This document shows positions 28,628-42,499 of a DNA stretch of 64,000 nt, in pieces; position 1 is the first letter of the stretch, and each line of letters opens with the position of its first letter. Position numbers and translations under genes: made by a program. Origin of the DNA: Octopus bimaculoides (taxonomy: Eukaryota); contig NC_068984.1 in the NCBI RefSeq assembly GCF_001194135.2, positions 21,785,771 through 21,849,770 on the forward strand, written 5' to 3'. Below the pieces are notes generated by a model. That model did not search any database. It was not told the DNA's origin and saw nothing but the letters and a program-made list of their open reading frames with translations.

Positions 28628-28654
28628 CACGTATTCGCTCACTCNNNNNNNNNN

Positions 28655-28704
<50 letters not shown>

Positions 28705-29624
28705 CTACATACAAACATTCGTACATTCAGACAGACAACTGTAACATTATCACCTAAGTAATTCAGTAATTCATGGGTTGCCAAGAAGTCAACATCGAGT
28801 TCATAAAAGAAGTATTTCTTAAAATGACGAGTCAACATCACTAATCTGCAGTCTACGTCGTTTGCAAGAAGAGAGCGGTAAGAATATAACAAGGAAAATA
28901 AATATATATGGAAGAAAATTAGATAAAACATATGTCTGAGGAAAAAATAAACTAAATCAAACAAACAAATCATACATCACACTTAAACACGCACATTCTC
29001 GTGTACACATTCATACACAAACAAGTATACACATTTTCATACACGAAAGATGGTGAGAAAAACAAAAAAGAAATGTAAAAGAAAAAGAAAAAAATGAAAA
29101 TGAAGAACGGACTTAAAATGGCGTAGTAATGTAAAGTGTGTGATGCATTGAACATAAAAATGAAGCACAAACTCTCAATAGTAATATAAAAAAATTATGG
29201 AAGCTAATAGGGGAAAGAACCTAAATTTCACTAATGTAGTAACAACAGTGAAGTTAGTGTTTTTTTTTAATAAAAAAAAAGCTTCTATAGATAAACTAGA
29301 GAAAAAATGTTTTAAAGTGTTGCAGACGTAATCTGCAAAACTCTCGGCAGTATAATATTTTGCTAACGAGATTACATGTTGTGTACGGGTTAGGAAATCA
29401 ATGTATTGCAACCTTAATCCAATCACGAAAGAGTATGTGAAGTAACATTACCATCCAACTTTCTCTCTCTCTCTACCGCTTCTCTCCTGCTTTCTTCTTT
29501 TGCCAACATGGCAGTTTGAATATCTCTACATCATGGTACCCTTAAGACTATGATCGCTTTGTTGTATAGTTAATTAGTAAAGAATGGTGTATATACAAAA
29601 AGATTATTGCTATCAACTATTAAA

Positions 29625-29735
29625 AAAAAACCCCAGAAAGCTAAAGTACTTTGGTCACATAGTAAGAGCACAAGGTATACAGAGACTATTACTTGCGAAT
29701 GCTCGAGAGGAAGACCGAGAGCCATCTGGTTTGAT
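29625..29735 (+). mobile_element. RTE-like LINE 3' fragment
   Basis: RKLKYFGHIVRAQGIQRLLL followed by a frameshifted RGRPR..W motif. Confidence 0.55.
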
Positions 29736-31870
29736 ACATCACCTACTGGCGGAAACTATGATATACTGAATGTATAAGAATGACAAGAAAAAAAAAACCC
29801 GAGGGGAGATCCTTGATATTCAACCTGCTTTAGATTAACTCCGCATTACCGATGAGTTCAAATAACTGCGAAACATATACAGAGTTTTCACGTTTCTATA
29901 TTTTATTTTACATAATTTTTCCCATTAATTTAAAGTTAAGAGGTGTCACCTTTGTCTTTTATGATTTTATTATTTAAACTTTCTTAGTTCATGCTATTAA
30001 ATAGGTTACAAAATAATTTATTAATTAATAATCTTTACTAAATAAAGGGAATATTTTCCTATACAGAAAATGAAGAAAAAGATTTACACTCTACTTATCG
30101 AAAGCAGTTGCAATGGAATTGTCAGCGACAAGATCGCATTTGGGCGATGAAAATTTCAAAGTCTCATGAAATAAATTTAAATGTAAAGGGAATTAAGAGT
30201 TTTACGCTATTAAATGCCTCTTTTATGGTATAGTTACTTCACTTTCAACACATGGTCTCATATAAAATCACCTGCTTGAAAAGTTCTATGTTTTATGTTA
30301 TGTGAAATAGTAATATTTGTAACTCTTCCAAACACGTTCGAATATGCTTGAACATATAAAGAATGAATAAATAAGTTATAGTTTTAAACATAGCTAGATA
30401 GAATTTTATTATACTTAAATCCGTCCGACAATATATGGCACAAGAAACCTTAAAGCGATAGCTCGGTCTGGTGGAATTGCCAGTTAAATCCGGACTCTCC
30501 AATCAAACCTAACACTTTTGCGAAAAATAATGCTAAGAATTATGTAGAACGGGGTACACTTTCGCTTTGATTATACGCTGTTAGGACAGAGAAAGCCTAG
30601 GTTTAAGTAGCTACAATAGCAATAAATCTAGCACAAGGTCTGTCGCTAAAACAGTAAAGGTAAGATATTTGTCTTTTCTGTTGAAGACTGTCCATTGAAA
30701 TTATGCTTTTAAAGCTGCTGAGTAAAATCTAGTTCCAAAGTCGTGATTCTTTTTCCCTACGAAATCTGGTATTTCATACTTAATCTTTACTGAAGCTTTA
30801 CTAATGACTGTTCAAACTCAATTTTGAATTTTATCCTTTCGAGATTAATAGCAACAATAAAATATTCTAATCTATCTGTAATGCTATAAGAGCTTTTGCT
30901 ACGTCAGAGAAAATCATTTGCAAACGTTTTGATAGATGTAACTATATCTCCACCTTTGTAGTACCTCTCCACCGCTAATAACACCAATGTTCTTGATATA
31001 TAATATAAGGCATATATCATATAACAACCCATTGCACATTTAAAACTTTCACATTCATAGATGCACAAAGAGAGACTAAATAACAAATGACTAAATAAAA
31101 AGAAAACTATTATAATAAAGCAGTTATGCAGTAAAAAAAAGTACCTTCAGAATTTTGTGCTATATGTTATACCAGTGGTTCCCAATCTGGGGTTCGCGGA
31201 CCACCAATTTAGTTTAATTAGCTGATCCTACGTTATAGGAGTTTTAAAATTGTTGGATACAATATTTCAAGGACTACATTTACCATTCCGGGAGATTGAG
31301 CTACTATCTTTAACAAGCCGAATGACGATATAGCAATCATCCTCATTGGTTCGACTTGTAACTATATAATATGTATAGGTACTACTTAAATGTAAGCAGC
31401 TGAACTTTCTATCCGTAACGAGTTTTACTCATACATACATATATTTATCTTTTATATATGCTATCTTTTATATATGTTATCTATTTCAAATATTTTGCAT
31501 GTTATGTCCATGCTTTTTTTTGTCTTATAAATGCAACATGTAGAATGTACATACATATTTTATATATTTTACTTACGTTACGAATGCAATTTTAAGTTCT
31601 TCCTTTGTTTCTTCGGCCGTGCAAGAAATACTAAAACCGTGCATTGTTACACCAAACTCATCATAACACAACCAAAGAGTATTCGTTTTGGCTGACATGT
31701 ATTCATCCTTGGATCAATGGTCACCTAATATGACTCATAGTCAGAAGTATAGTCTGTAACCACTTCATACGACCATCAAAACCAACACGAACTCGTGCTC
31801 ATGCAAACGTACACATACACACTGGGTTACTCGAACAGGAAATGATATAAATAAAGTGGTTTATACTTAC

Positions 31871-31936
31871 TAATATGAGGAAGTTGAATATGAACATGGA
31901 ATATTTGAGAAAATTTCCACACCTCGTCAACCCCAT
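31871..31936 (-). CDS. Tetraspanin, first coding exon (MGLTRCGNFLKYSMFIFNFLIL: N-terminus and first half of TM1)
   Basis: ATG at 31936 in GAG-ATG-G context; 22 codons ending at a GTAAGT donor (plus-strand acttac 31865-31870), phase 0. The KYxxFxFNFL motif is typical of tetraspanin TM1. Joins in frame to 16347. Confidence 0.92.
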
Positions 31937-31997
31937 CTCGGAATATGAACTCGCCGTGACTGTCGGGTTAATGGTGACGGACTGAATGGAACAGGCT
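31937..31997 (-). other. 5' UTR part of the tetraspanin start-codon exon (61 nt)
   Basis: Strong polypyrimidine acceptor tttgcttttccttgcag| immediately upstream, which implies an unlocated further-upstream exon. Confidence 0.7.
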
Positions 31998-32089
31998 CTG
32001 CAAGGAAAAGCAAACATAAATAATACATATGAATAAGAGTAGAATATGCAAAGAAATGTAAATAAATACACATTAATGGAAAACAAGTA

Positions 32090-32385
32090 TAGAAGAGATT
32101 GGTTTCAAATTTCGGCACGAGTCCAGCAGTTCTGGGGGAGGGTCAAGTCGAATACATCAATCCCAGTGTTCAACTGGTACTTATTTTATCGACTTCGTAA
32201 GGTTGAAAGACAAAGTCAACCCCAACGGAATATGAACTCAGAACGTCAAGACGGACGAAATGTCACTAAGCATTTTACTCGGAGTGCTAACGATTCTGTC
32301 AGCTTGCCTCCTTCGATTTACGTTGATGTCAAATTTTAGCAAAAGGTTAGTAAGTTCGGGGAGGGGATAGGTCGATTATATCGAG
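32090..32385 (-). mobile_element. SINE family 3: one copy plus a tail fragment
   Basis: ttggtttcaaatttcggcac..gctaacgattctgtcagc. Confidence 0.7.
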
Positions 32386-33474
32386 AGTTGCACTAAATGG
32401 AAGAATATTACATGAGATAGACTGGTATATTATCAAACTGGTGCAGAGACCGAAACAAAAATGGCCTTATTAAACTGCTATGAGGCATTCAACTTCAACA
32501 GTTCGGTTTAAAATATTAATTGCAGCTCCAGTGAAACGAAACTGCTCTCCAACTCAGGTTTGATTATTGTTCGAAGGTGTTTCACTTTTCTGATGTTGAT
32601 AATTACATTTGAAAATGTATGAGCTTTACAATTTCCTTCCTCACCAGATTCAAGACTGACAATAATCTCCTAATGGATATCTGTCATTAAGAATTGTCAA
32701 ACTGAAAATGCAGATTTGTATTTGATATGTTTGAAATTAATTAGCAGATAATATTTAATCATTTTATCAACGGATTCATTTTTGTTAGTTAGGAAGGAGG
32801 GAAGCGCTGATAACCCTTTACAGAGTCAACGAAAGTGGAGAGAGGATACAAGGTATCCTCAAAATGGAGACGTAGTTCGAATCCTTGCGACAGAACTGAT
32901 TTGTTACTGTCGCCCAAAGTGCCAGGTGCAGGTATTAAATCATTTGATAGTTTGAGTCTACTACCTAATTAGACCGTGACGGGTTTTGAACTCAGAACAC
33001 AAAAAACCCGCAGCAAACATAAGGCAAATGGTTCGATGTTTATACGTTATCGTTAACCCACTGCCCTAAACTGGTACATCTTTTTTTATCGATCCCTAAA
33101 GGATAAAAGTTAAAGTTGACCTCAACGGAAATTGAACTAAGGGCGTTCATTAGTGTTGAAATTAATAAGATGAGGCTTCTTTCCGATGCTCTAACGAGTC
33201 TGTTGATTCGTTACCTACATACTGTTAGAGGGATCTATCTAGGAAGTGAATATTGGCATCATAATTTTTTCTATTGCGAAAATACTATAGTAATGCAAGC
33301 TGTAATAATATAGTCCAAGTTATTTACCGATTACTCGGTGCACAGGAGCAACTTAGATTAGTTACTACAAGTTACTATAAGCTAAGGAACATATACGTTG
33401 TAAGTTTGGTCTGAATAATCTGAAAAGCATCTGGTTCCTTGGTACTGAATTCAAGTTATGTAATTAGTTATATA

Positions 33475-33573
33475 GGCGCAAGCGTTGGTATGTTGTAGGA
33501 AGTGTGTTTCTCAACCACATGGTCCCGGATTCAGTCTCACTGCGTGGCACAATGGGTAAGTGTCTTCTATAGC
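33475..33573 (+). mobile_element. SINE family 2 head, running into a gap
   Basis: caaccacatggtcccggattcagtctcactgcgtggcac..gtgtcttcta. Confidence 0.65.
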
Positions 33574-33601
33574 ATATATACGTATTTATGTGCATATATA
33601 T

Positions 33602-34571
33602 NNNNNNNNNNNNNNNNNNNNNNNNNNNNNNNNNNNNNNNNNNNNNNNNNNNNNNNNNNNNNNNNNNNNNNNNNNNNNNNNNNNNNNNNNNNNNNNNNNN
33701 NNNNNNNNNNNNNNNNNNNNNNNNNNNNNNNNNNNNNNNNNNNNNNNNNNNNNNNNNNNNNNNNNNNNNNNNNNNNNNNNNNNNNNNNNNNNNNNNNNNN
33801 NNNNNNNNNNNNNNNNNNNNNNNNNNNNNNNNNNNNNNNNNNNNNNNNNNNNNNNNNNNNNNNNNNNNNNNNNNNNNNNNNNNNNNNNNNNNNNNNNNNN
33901 NNNNNNNNNNNNNNNNNNNNNNNNNNNNNNNNNNNNNNNNNNNNNNNNNNNNNNNNNNNNNNNNNNNNNNNNNNNNNNNNNNNNNNNNNNNNNNNNNNNN
34001 NNNNNNNNNNNNNNNNNNNNNNNNNNNNNNNNNNNNNNNNNNNNNNNNNNNNNNNNNNNNNNNNNNNNNNNNNNNNNNNNNNNNNNNNNNNNNNNNNNNN
34101 NNNNNNNNNNNNNNNNNNNNNNNNNNNNNNNNNNNNNNNNNNNNNNNNNNNNNNNNNNNNNNNNNNNNNNNNNNNNNNNNNNNNNNNNNNNNNNNNNNNN
34201 NNNNNNNNNNNNNNNNNNNNNNNNNNNNNNNNNNNNNNNNNNNNNNNNNNNNNNNNNNNNNNNNNNNNNNNNNNNNNNNNNNNNNNNNNNNNNNNNNNNN
34301 NNNNNNNNNNNNNNNNNNNNNNNNNNNNNNNNNNNNNNNNNNNNNNNNNNNNNNNNNNNNNNNNNNNNNNNNNNNNNNNNNNNNNNNNNNNNNNNNNNNN
34401 NNNNNNNNNNNNNNNNNNNNNNNNNNNNNNNNNNNNNNNNNNNNNNNNNNNNNNNNNNNNNNNNNNNNNNNNNNNNNNNNNNNNNNNNNNNNNNNNNNNN
34501 NNNNNNNNNNNNNNNNNNNNNNNNNNNNNNNNNNNNNNNNNNNNNNNNNNNNNNNNNNNNNNNNNNNNNNN
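33602..34571. other. Largest of 15 assembly gaps (N-runs); most are flanked by (TA)n
   Basis: Direct reading; other gaps start at 8013, 13104, 21445, 25500, 28645, 37719, 42172, 46941, 48407, 49353, 52121, 54624, 56725 and 61536. Confidence 0.98.
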
Positions 34572-35024
34572 CTTGTGGTATTTCATCATGGCTGGTATGA
34601 CAGACTTTATATATATATATACATATACACGTGTGTACCTGCATATATACGTATGTATTCGTCTATATGTGTGCGTATGCGCGTGTATCTAGTTCTATGT
34701 ATATACCCATATACTTGGATGTGCGTGCGTGAGCGCGTATATATATGTGCGTATATATATGTATTTGTGTATGTATATGTGCGTCTAAGCACGAACACAA
34801 AAATATTCTCAACTTCTACATCCTTTTCTTTCTCTTAACAGTTACAACAGCGAAGGCTCATTATGTCATTTTCTCTAAACTAGAATGTATAATTTTCACG
34901 TTCATATCTGAAGTTTCTGCGTTTCAATTTTTCTGTGTTTTTTACCCAATCTCGAAATTGATGGACATATAGCAATAGATAAAACCGAATCAGAGAATCT
35001 CTAGTAAGACTTCTTTTTATTGAT

Positions 35025-35064
35025 GTACCCGAAGAAACCCAGAACGGGTCAAAACATGTCGTAC
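35025..35064 (+). ncRNA. Degenerate minimal hammerhead motif
   Basis: GTAC-CCGAAGA-AACCC-AGAAC-GGGTC-AAAA-CATG-TC-GTAC; topology intact, with three transitions (U4C, G10.1A, G12A). Confidence 0.45.
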
Positions 35065-35184
35065 CTACTAAAATATTTTACTCATTCCATCTATTTTATT
35101 AATACTGTTAATATATATATATATTGATAGGAAGGACACCAAAAGAAAGAAAGTGACCTCGATATTATGTAAATAGAAGAATTC

Positions 35185-35633
35185 ATCTGTAAAAATATAT
35201 GACACTTATTCGGTAGCCATGATAAAACTCCGAGTTTCGGATGCCGGGGCGGAAACCCACGCCAACATGTCTTCAGTTATCCGGCCATTGAAAATTCCTG
35301 TGAAAAATGACCGTTAAACAAAGGGAAATTACTGTGTAGTGACCATCATTAAGACAAAAGAGCTAATAGACCGCTAAGTAGGACGGATTCGTGCGCTTAC
35401 GCGAAGCTATAGACTTCTCTACTCCCTTACCTTAACCTACTTAGCGGTCTATTAGCTCTTTTGTCTTAATGATGGTCACTACACAGTAATTTCCCTTTGT
35501 TTAACGGTCATTTTTCACAGGAATTCTCAATGGCCGGATAACTGACGAGATGTTGGCGTGGGCCCCCACCCCCGCATCCGAAACTCGGAGTTTTATCATG
35601 GCTACCGAATAAGTGTCACATATTTTTACAGAT
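35185..35633. repeat. Foldback/MITE-like inverted repeat: 198-bp arms, 53-bp spacer
   Basis: Arms 35185-35382 and 35436-35633; the inner 90 bp are perfectly complementary. Confidence 0.92.
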
Positions 35634-35654
35634 ATATATATATATATATATATA

Positions 35655-36375
<721 letters not shown>

Positions 36376-36868
36376 GGAGATAAGTGAAGAAGTAGATAAA
36401 CTCTTGGGAGACTATATACGCCAGTCTGTAAATTCTTGTATTCGTACTTTTACTGCACTCACGTCAAAATAATTTTGGCGAAGTCATGAACTTCCTAGGC
36501 CAAATTTTCTAAATGGTTATACTTTAAATATTATCACCAACATTTATCTATTCAACATTTACAATCCCTAAGCTAAAGACATCAAATTTGCTGCTACAAA
36601 AATATTATCAGCTAAAGACATATGTTAAACGATATTTATTAAGCTTAATTGTCAACCACGAGGATAAGTACGCCGTAAAATATTTACAAAGTTCGAGGAG
36701 GAATATTTACCCCAACAACATATTTTTATATATATATCTATATATATGCGTGCGTGTGTGTGTGTGTGTGCGCGCTCATACACACGAATATATTTATATA
36801 CACACATTCAATACATAGATATATATATATACACACACACATATACATATATATATATTTACATGTAT

Positions 36869-36952
<84 letters not shown>

Positions 36953-37053
36953 ATATATATATATAACATGAATGAATATATGAGTATATAAACATATATA
37001 TATCCATATACCTATATGTATGTATGTATGTTTCTCTCATCCTCTCTTTCTTG

Positions 37054-37087
<34 letters not shown>

Positions 37088-37326
37088 CGATAATAATACA
37101 AATAATATGTGAGTATATTCATATATACGTACATATATGTACAAACTTACATCTACATTATATATGGATGCATATCTGGGTACAGGACGTCACAAAAAAA
37201 CGTTGGGCAAAATGAAAAACATAACATAATGAGTGTACAGAAGCACAAACGGACAACATAGAGAATATTTCCTTCATCAGCTGCCCCTATTCTAAACTAA
37301 GCGTTTCGAAGAATTAGGGCAGCATA

Positions 37327-37409
37327 TATCTCGTTCTTATGTGAGATGCAGTGGACGGTACCATGGTGCCAAAGGTACCGTCCACTGCATCTCACATAAG
37401 AACGAGATA
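37327..37409. repeat. Perfect 36-bp inverted repeat with 11-nt loop
   Basis: tatctcgttcttatgtgagatgcagtggacggtacc / ggtaccgtccactgcatctcacataagaacgagata. Confidence 0.95.
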
Positions 37410-37718
37410 CTGCAGCAGCCTCGGTTTCAGAGGACCTCAGCTCTTCAATGCCCTGCCAAAACATTTGAGAGACATGCAAAACATGGATACGGAGGTCTTC
37501 AAGAAAAACTTGACACTTTCCTCTCCACGGTACCAGACGAACCAATGGCTCGTAATGAGACGCAGTTTAGGGCAGCTATGTCAAATTCTCTTATACACCA
37601 GATGTGCCATCAAAACTCTTGATTGGACCATGTCAGGTGGGGGAGAAGAGCCATGCGAGGAACGTGAAAATCACGGTTATGCACCAGCATGACCGCAGCC
37701 ACTTGGCTGAAACACATA
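37327..37718 (+). mobile_element. CR1/L2-type LINE 3' fragment with a foldback at its 5' end
   Basis: SLGFRGPQLFNALPKHLRDM..EVFKKN then, after a frameshift, LDTFLSTVPDEP, typical of CR1-group ORF2 C-termini. Confidence 0.75.
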
Positions 37719-38509
37719 NNNNNNNNNNNNNNNNNNNNNNNTATATATATATGTATGTATGCGTGTTTGCGTATATATTATCGTGTAGTAGAACGTAAAC
37801 AATCTGTTTTTACAGAAGTGAGGAAGGATTTTAAATACCAGTGTAGAGTGTAATTCTTGCTCATGCTATTGCTGTGATTGTGTTGACAAAGACAGGAACT
37901 TGTTGAAATTTTCAGGATTGTTAACTCTAATTGTTTGTGCTGCAATTTAGCAGATCCTGGTAAGATCACTTCAGGCCTTCATTTATATATGGTGTTATTA
38001 GGGCGCATATGAATGCAAGATGTCTTACGTGTATATAAAAAACATTTGAAAATACATATCTTTCTGTGTATATATATATATATATACTTCTAATACAAGG
38101 ATGAAATTTTATTATAAAGTTTTATCAGTGGCTAGCATATGAAAAACACCTTTTAATGTGAAAATTATAAATGCAATTATAAACAAGATCACTCAGAGTG
38201 CGTAAACCTCCGCCAAGGCAACACCAACGTCCTCTCATCGATTAGCCGAAGATGATTTTTAAAGTGAGAATATCTTAAATAAACTCGACTGCTCTCACAA
38301 ACGAGAATACTAAAAATGAACCCGACCGCGCTCAAAAATTAAGTAAAAAACAGGAAAAATAATCCAAAATCCTTGTCCGGTACGGGATCGATTCCAAAAT
38401 CTAATCAGTTCGTGCCAGTCACGAGGCCAAACATCCCTGAAAGTTTCATCATTATTTATAATTGTATATATATATATATATATATATATAAACATACATA
38501 CATACATAT

Positions 38510-38900
38510 GTACTGCTGTAGTGGCGATGTATATTGTTAAGCAGGCCTGTAAAGTGGTACGACAGTAATGCGTAATGTTAGTGTAGTGTTGGATAAATGA
38601 TTTAAATATTATAGTAGTAATGTATAGTCCCCATGTAGTAATACTAATAGTGATGTATAAGTGCTATAGAAGAGAGTAGTGATGCATAGTGCTGTGTTAC
38701 TACTTAGCTATGTTTAGTACTACGGTAAGGATATATAGTGCGATGCTACTATTTAGTAACGTAATTCTATAGTAGGGATGTGCTGTGCTATGGAACTACG
38801 TCTATAGTACCGTGGTAAGGATATTTAGAACTGTAGCGGTTATGGATAGTGCTTTACAAAGCAGCTTAATGCGGTTTATTGTGGCGTAGTGTATTGTGTA
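38510..38900. repeat. Decayed (ATAGT/GTAGT)-type low-complexity tract
   Basis: Recurrent tagtg/atagt/gtagt pentamers. Confidence 0.5.
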
Positions 38901-41367
38901 ATGAACTTTTGATCTGTTTTGAATACTTCCAGTATTCTAATATTCCAAGAGGATATTAATTTCTAGTGGAAGATCACATTTTATTCCAGTATTGTAATAT
39001 CTCTGTATTACCATTCTGCTTCTTCCAATTGTTCTGTTTTCTGTGTATGAGCCATTGTAGCTAGCTATTTGAATGAAGAGTTTGGAACGTTGCCAGTGAA
39101 ATGTTTCTGTTAATTAAGGAAAACTTGGATTTCGGTGAAGTAATTATATCGCTGAATTTAATAGATTTGTTTGATATTTCACAGAAGATTAGTAATTTGT
39201 AAAGGCATTGCATAAAGACGGAAGACATCTGAAGAAACTCTATTGCAACGTAGGAGTTTTAGAACTTGTTGAGAGGAAAGCAAATAAGGATTGAGTGAAA
39301 AAGATCGCGCAGCAAGGGTTGAAACGTATGCCCCAATCAACAATATTATATAACGATATTATATAACAATATTTCATAACAATATTATTAAATAATAGTC
39401 TATAACACTATTATTTAACGGTGTTACTCGACAGATAATATTATCTAAGCTTCGTATTTTTAATTATGGTTAATATACAAACACTAAACAATAGTGAACA
39501 AGTTAAGTAATTAAAATGGAACAGCAGGACTTTTAAACGTAACATACTGTTATGTAATAAAGACGCCACTACACAAATGTTATCATAAATGTACATCAGT
39601 TGTCATTAAATATCCATTATGCTAAAGGAAAACAATCTGAAATTGATAATCAAATATTGATAATCAAATCTGAATAATATAATTTTACTAAACCAGCTTT
39701 TATTTTTATCTAAATGATCAACATATTCACAATCGTACATACGTAGGTATTCAAACTCACGCACACATAGGTATTTACCCTTATATCCATACAATTAAGA
39801 TCACAATCTATCCAGTGAGATAGGTTCTAGATGGTCATTCAACTTGCTAGAAATAGCAACAAAGCTACTCTCAAATCAGATCTATCTTACAAAAAGAAAA
39901 ACATCAATGGATAATGCATTTGTAATCCTATCGTCTGAAAACAAGTTGTGATAGGCATGGCCGGAATAATTTGCTTATCTTTCCTATACAAAAAACAACA
40001 GAGTCACCTTAATTTTGAGTGATATCTATTTATAACCATCTATTTGGAGGAGTCCTTGTATATTGTGAATCATGCTAGAAATTTTCTGAAAATTGTAGTA
40101 ACACTATTTTTAGTCTTCCCATGCTTTTCTAGTCTCACAAACAAGAATATCAGAGTCCTGAAATTTTTCATTGAAATTATTCGGAAAAAACCGCAAAGAG
40201 CTGTTATAGACAAGAAATAGCGACAACAGTAGATGTCCTACATGTATGCAAGGTTTCAAATTTAGATCCTGAGAGAAGAATGGATATTGTGAATATCTCT
40301 GCTTTTTCTCAAAATCGTGTCGTAAGGTAATTAACATAACATGGATCAGCAATCGAAAAGGCCTCCCAATTTCAGTAGAAATAAATTCTGCAGTAACTGA
40401 ATTCTACTTTACACCGCACACTACTTACTGTGAAAATACATTCGCTCTAATAACTATCACGAAATGTTTGACTTCCTTTAACTCTAGGTTTATATCTTAC
40501 ATGGCTGATGCAATTTGTATTAGCATTACACATATTCGCCGAATTAGTAAAGGTAAATTTCAATTTTTAGTACATTTCGCTATAAAAATGTGTTTAATGA
40601 CTGCAGATTGCACCAGTCATTGATATTCCGTTTTTCTTCTAAGATTCAAGATCAAAATAAATTTAAATAAATTTTTTACTTCCTCCGCCACGTTTGATGC
40701 AAATCCATCTGGAAGAGTTTTTCGCACTTCATAAATGATATTCTATCATAGATGAGAATATTATGTAGTGTGATATTTGTATATTTTTGTTCTTTGTTTC
40801 ACATCATTTCAGGCAAATTGTGCAGGAAATAAATAATAAACCAATATGTTTTTTCCCACAAAATAAAAACAAATATTAATAACTCAGAAAAAATTTTATG
40901 AAACATGAAAAATTCGAATGAATACTGTAAAAAATATATAAAAGATTTATAGTTGATATAAAAACGTTTCATTTATCAGTTATTTATGAAAATTCATGGA
41001 AAATATGTGCAAAAAATGTGGTATAGGAAAAGTTTATATATATATATATAATGAGTTGAAAGTTACATTGCAGTCAGTACGACTACTCAGAGAGTGAATA
41101 ATACAGACAAATTTGGTGTTCTTGAAAGTAATATATAAAATTATCATCACTTTGGTTAGGTACATATGTTTCAGATATGTACACTCGCATGTTTTCAGAG
41201 AAAAAGTTACGGGTTTGTATTTTGTTACAAACTGAATATCCCCAGCAAGTGACACTTCTCATTACATTTAAAAATGAAAGTATTTTCGTTAGTTTGAAAA
41301 ATTGTGACAGAGTTCTCATCTCAAGTCTTTTCAACTATCTCAGTACAATTGATAAGGTTTAATACTA

Positions 41368-42085
41368 ATCTCAAATATTGACCTGAGGAGTGGGGAGTAA
41401 GTCGATTACATTGACTCTAATGTTCAACTATTTATCTTATCGACCTCGAAAGGTTGAATGGCAGAGTTGGTCTCGACGGAATTTGAACTCAGAACGTGAA
41501 ACCAGAGGAAATGCTGCTAAGCATTTTGGCCAGCATGCTAACGGTTCTGCCAGCTCACCGACTTAATATTGCATGCTAATATCAAACCTTATCTCGTCTG
41601 TCCTTACATTCGGAGTTCAAATTCCACCGAGGTCCATTTTGCCTTCTATCCTTCGGGTCGATAAAATCGACTTAATCCCTCACCTGAAATTTCTAGGCTC
41701 GTTCCAAAGTTTGAATCCAATATTAAACTTTGTCTAAGGCTTTGCCTTTCATCTTTTCGGAGTCGATAAAATAACCCTGGGATCGAAGTAACTTAGTCCC
41801 TCCCCTGAGTTTTCCGGCTTTCTACCAAATTTTGAAACCAATATTAACATATAATATTTGCATTTCTGAAAGCGACGAGCTGGCGGAATCATTACCGCGC
41901 TGGGAAGAATATTTAGTAGCATTTCTTCCGACTTTATATTTTGAGTTCAAATGCCACCGAGGTCAATTTTGCTTTTAAACCTTCGGGCCGATAACATAAA
42001 GTACCAGTTGAATGCTAAGGTCAATGTAATCGACTTACTCCTCCCCTGACGTTGCTGCCCTTGTGCCAAAATTTGAAACCAATAT
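41368..42085. mobile_element. Cluster of four SINE family 3 copies (one minus, then three plus)
   Basis: Tail ttgaa(a/t)ccaatatt recurs at about 41711, 41831 and 42073; the inverted copy lies at 41368-41565. Confidence 0.75.
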
Positions 42086-42128
42086 TTGTATTCCTGTAGG
42101 AACATCTAACAACGTGTTACTGTGCGTA

Positions 42129-42171
<43 letters not shown>

Positions 42172-42270
42172 NNNNNNNNNNNNNNNNNNNNNNNNNNNNN
42201 NNNNNNNNNNNNNNNNNNNNNNNNNNNNNNNNNNNNNNNNNNNNNNNNNNNNNNNNNNNNNNNNNNNNAT

Positions 42271-42467
42271 ATCTTTTATCTAGTTTCAGTCATTTGACTG
42301 CGGCCATGCTGGGGCATTGCCTTGCAGAACTTTTTGTTGAATGGATCGGCCCCAGTACTTATTGTTTTTAAAATTCAAGTACTAATTCTATCGGGCACTT
42401 TTGTCAAACCGCTTGTAGACACGAACGCCGGTTGTCAAGCGATGAGGAGCCAAACACAGGCACGATG

Positions 42468-42497
<30 letters not shown>
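42271..42497 (-). mobile_element. SINE family 2 tail plus (CA)n
   Basis: tttcagtcatttgactgcggccatgctgg..ggttgtcaagcgatg. Confidence 0.7.

Positions 42498-42499
<2 letters not shown>

Noticed and set aside
31174-31205. hAT-like terminus cagtggttcccaatctgggg
   Set aside because: No matching opposite TIR or 8-bp TSD found; too short to call an element.
31998-32086. Upstream extension MFSINVYLFTFLC.. of the ORF-track entry 31799-32086
   Set aside because: Lies beyond a strong splice acceptor at 31997/31998 and is T-rich intron sequence.
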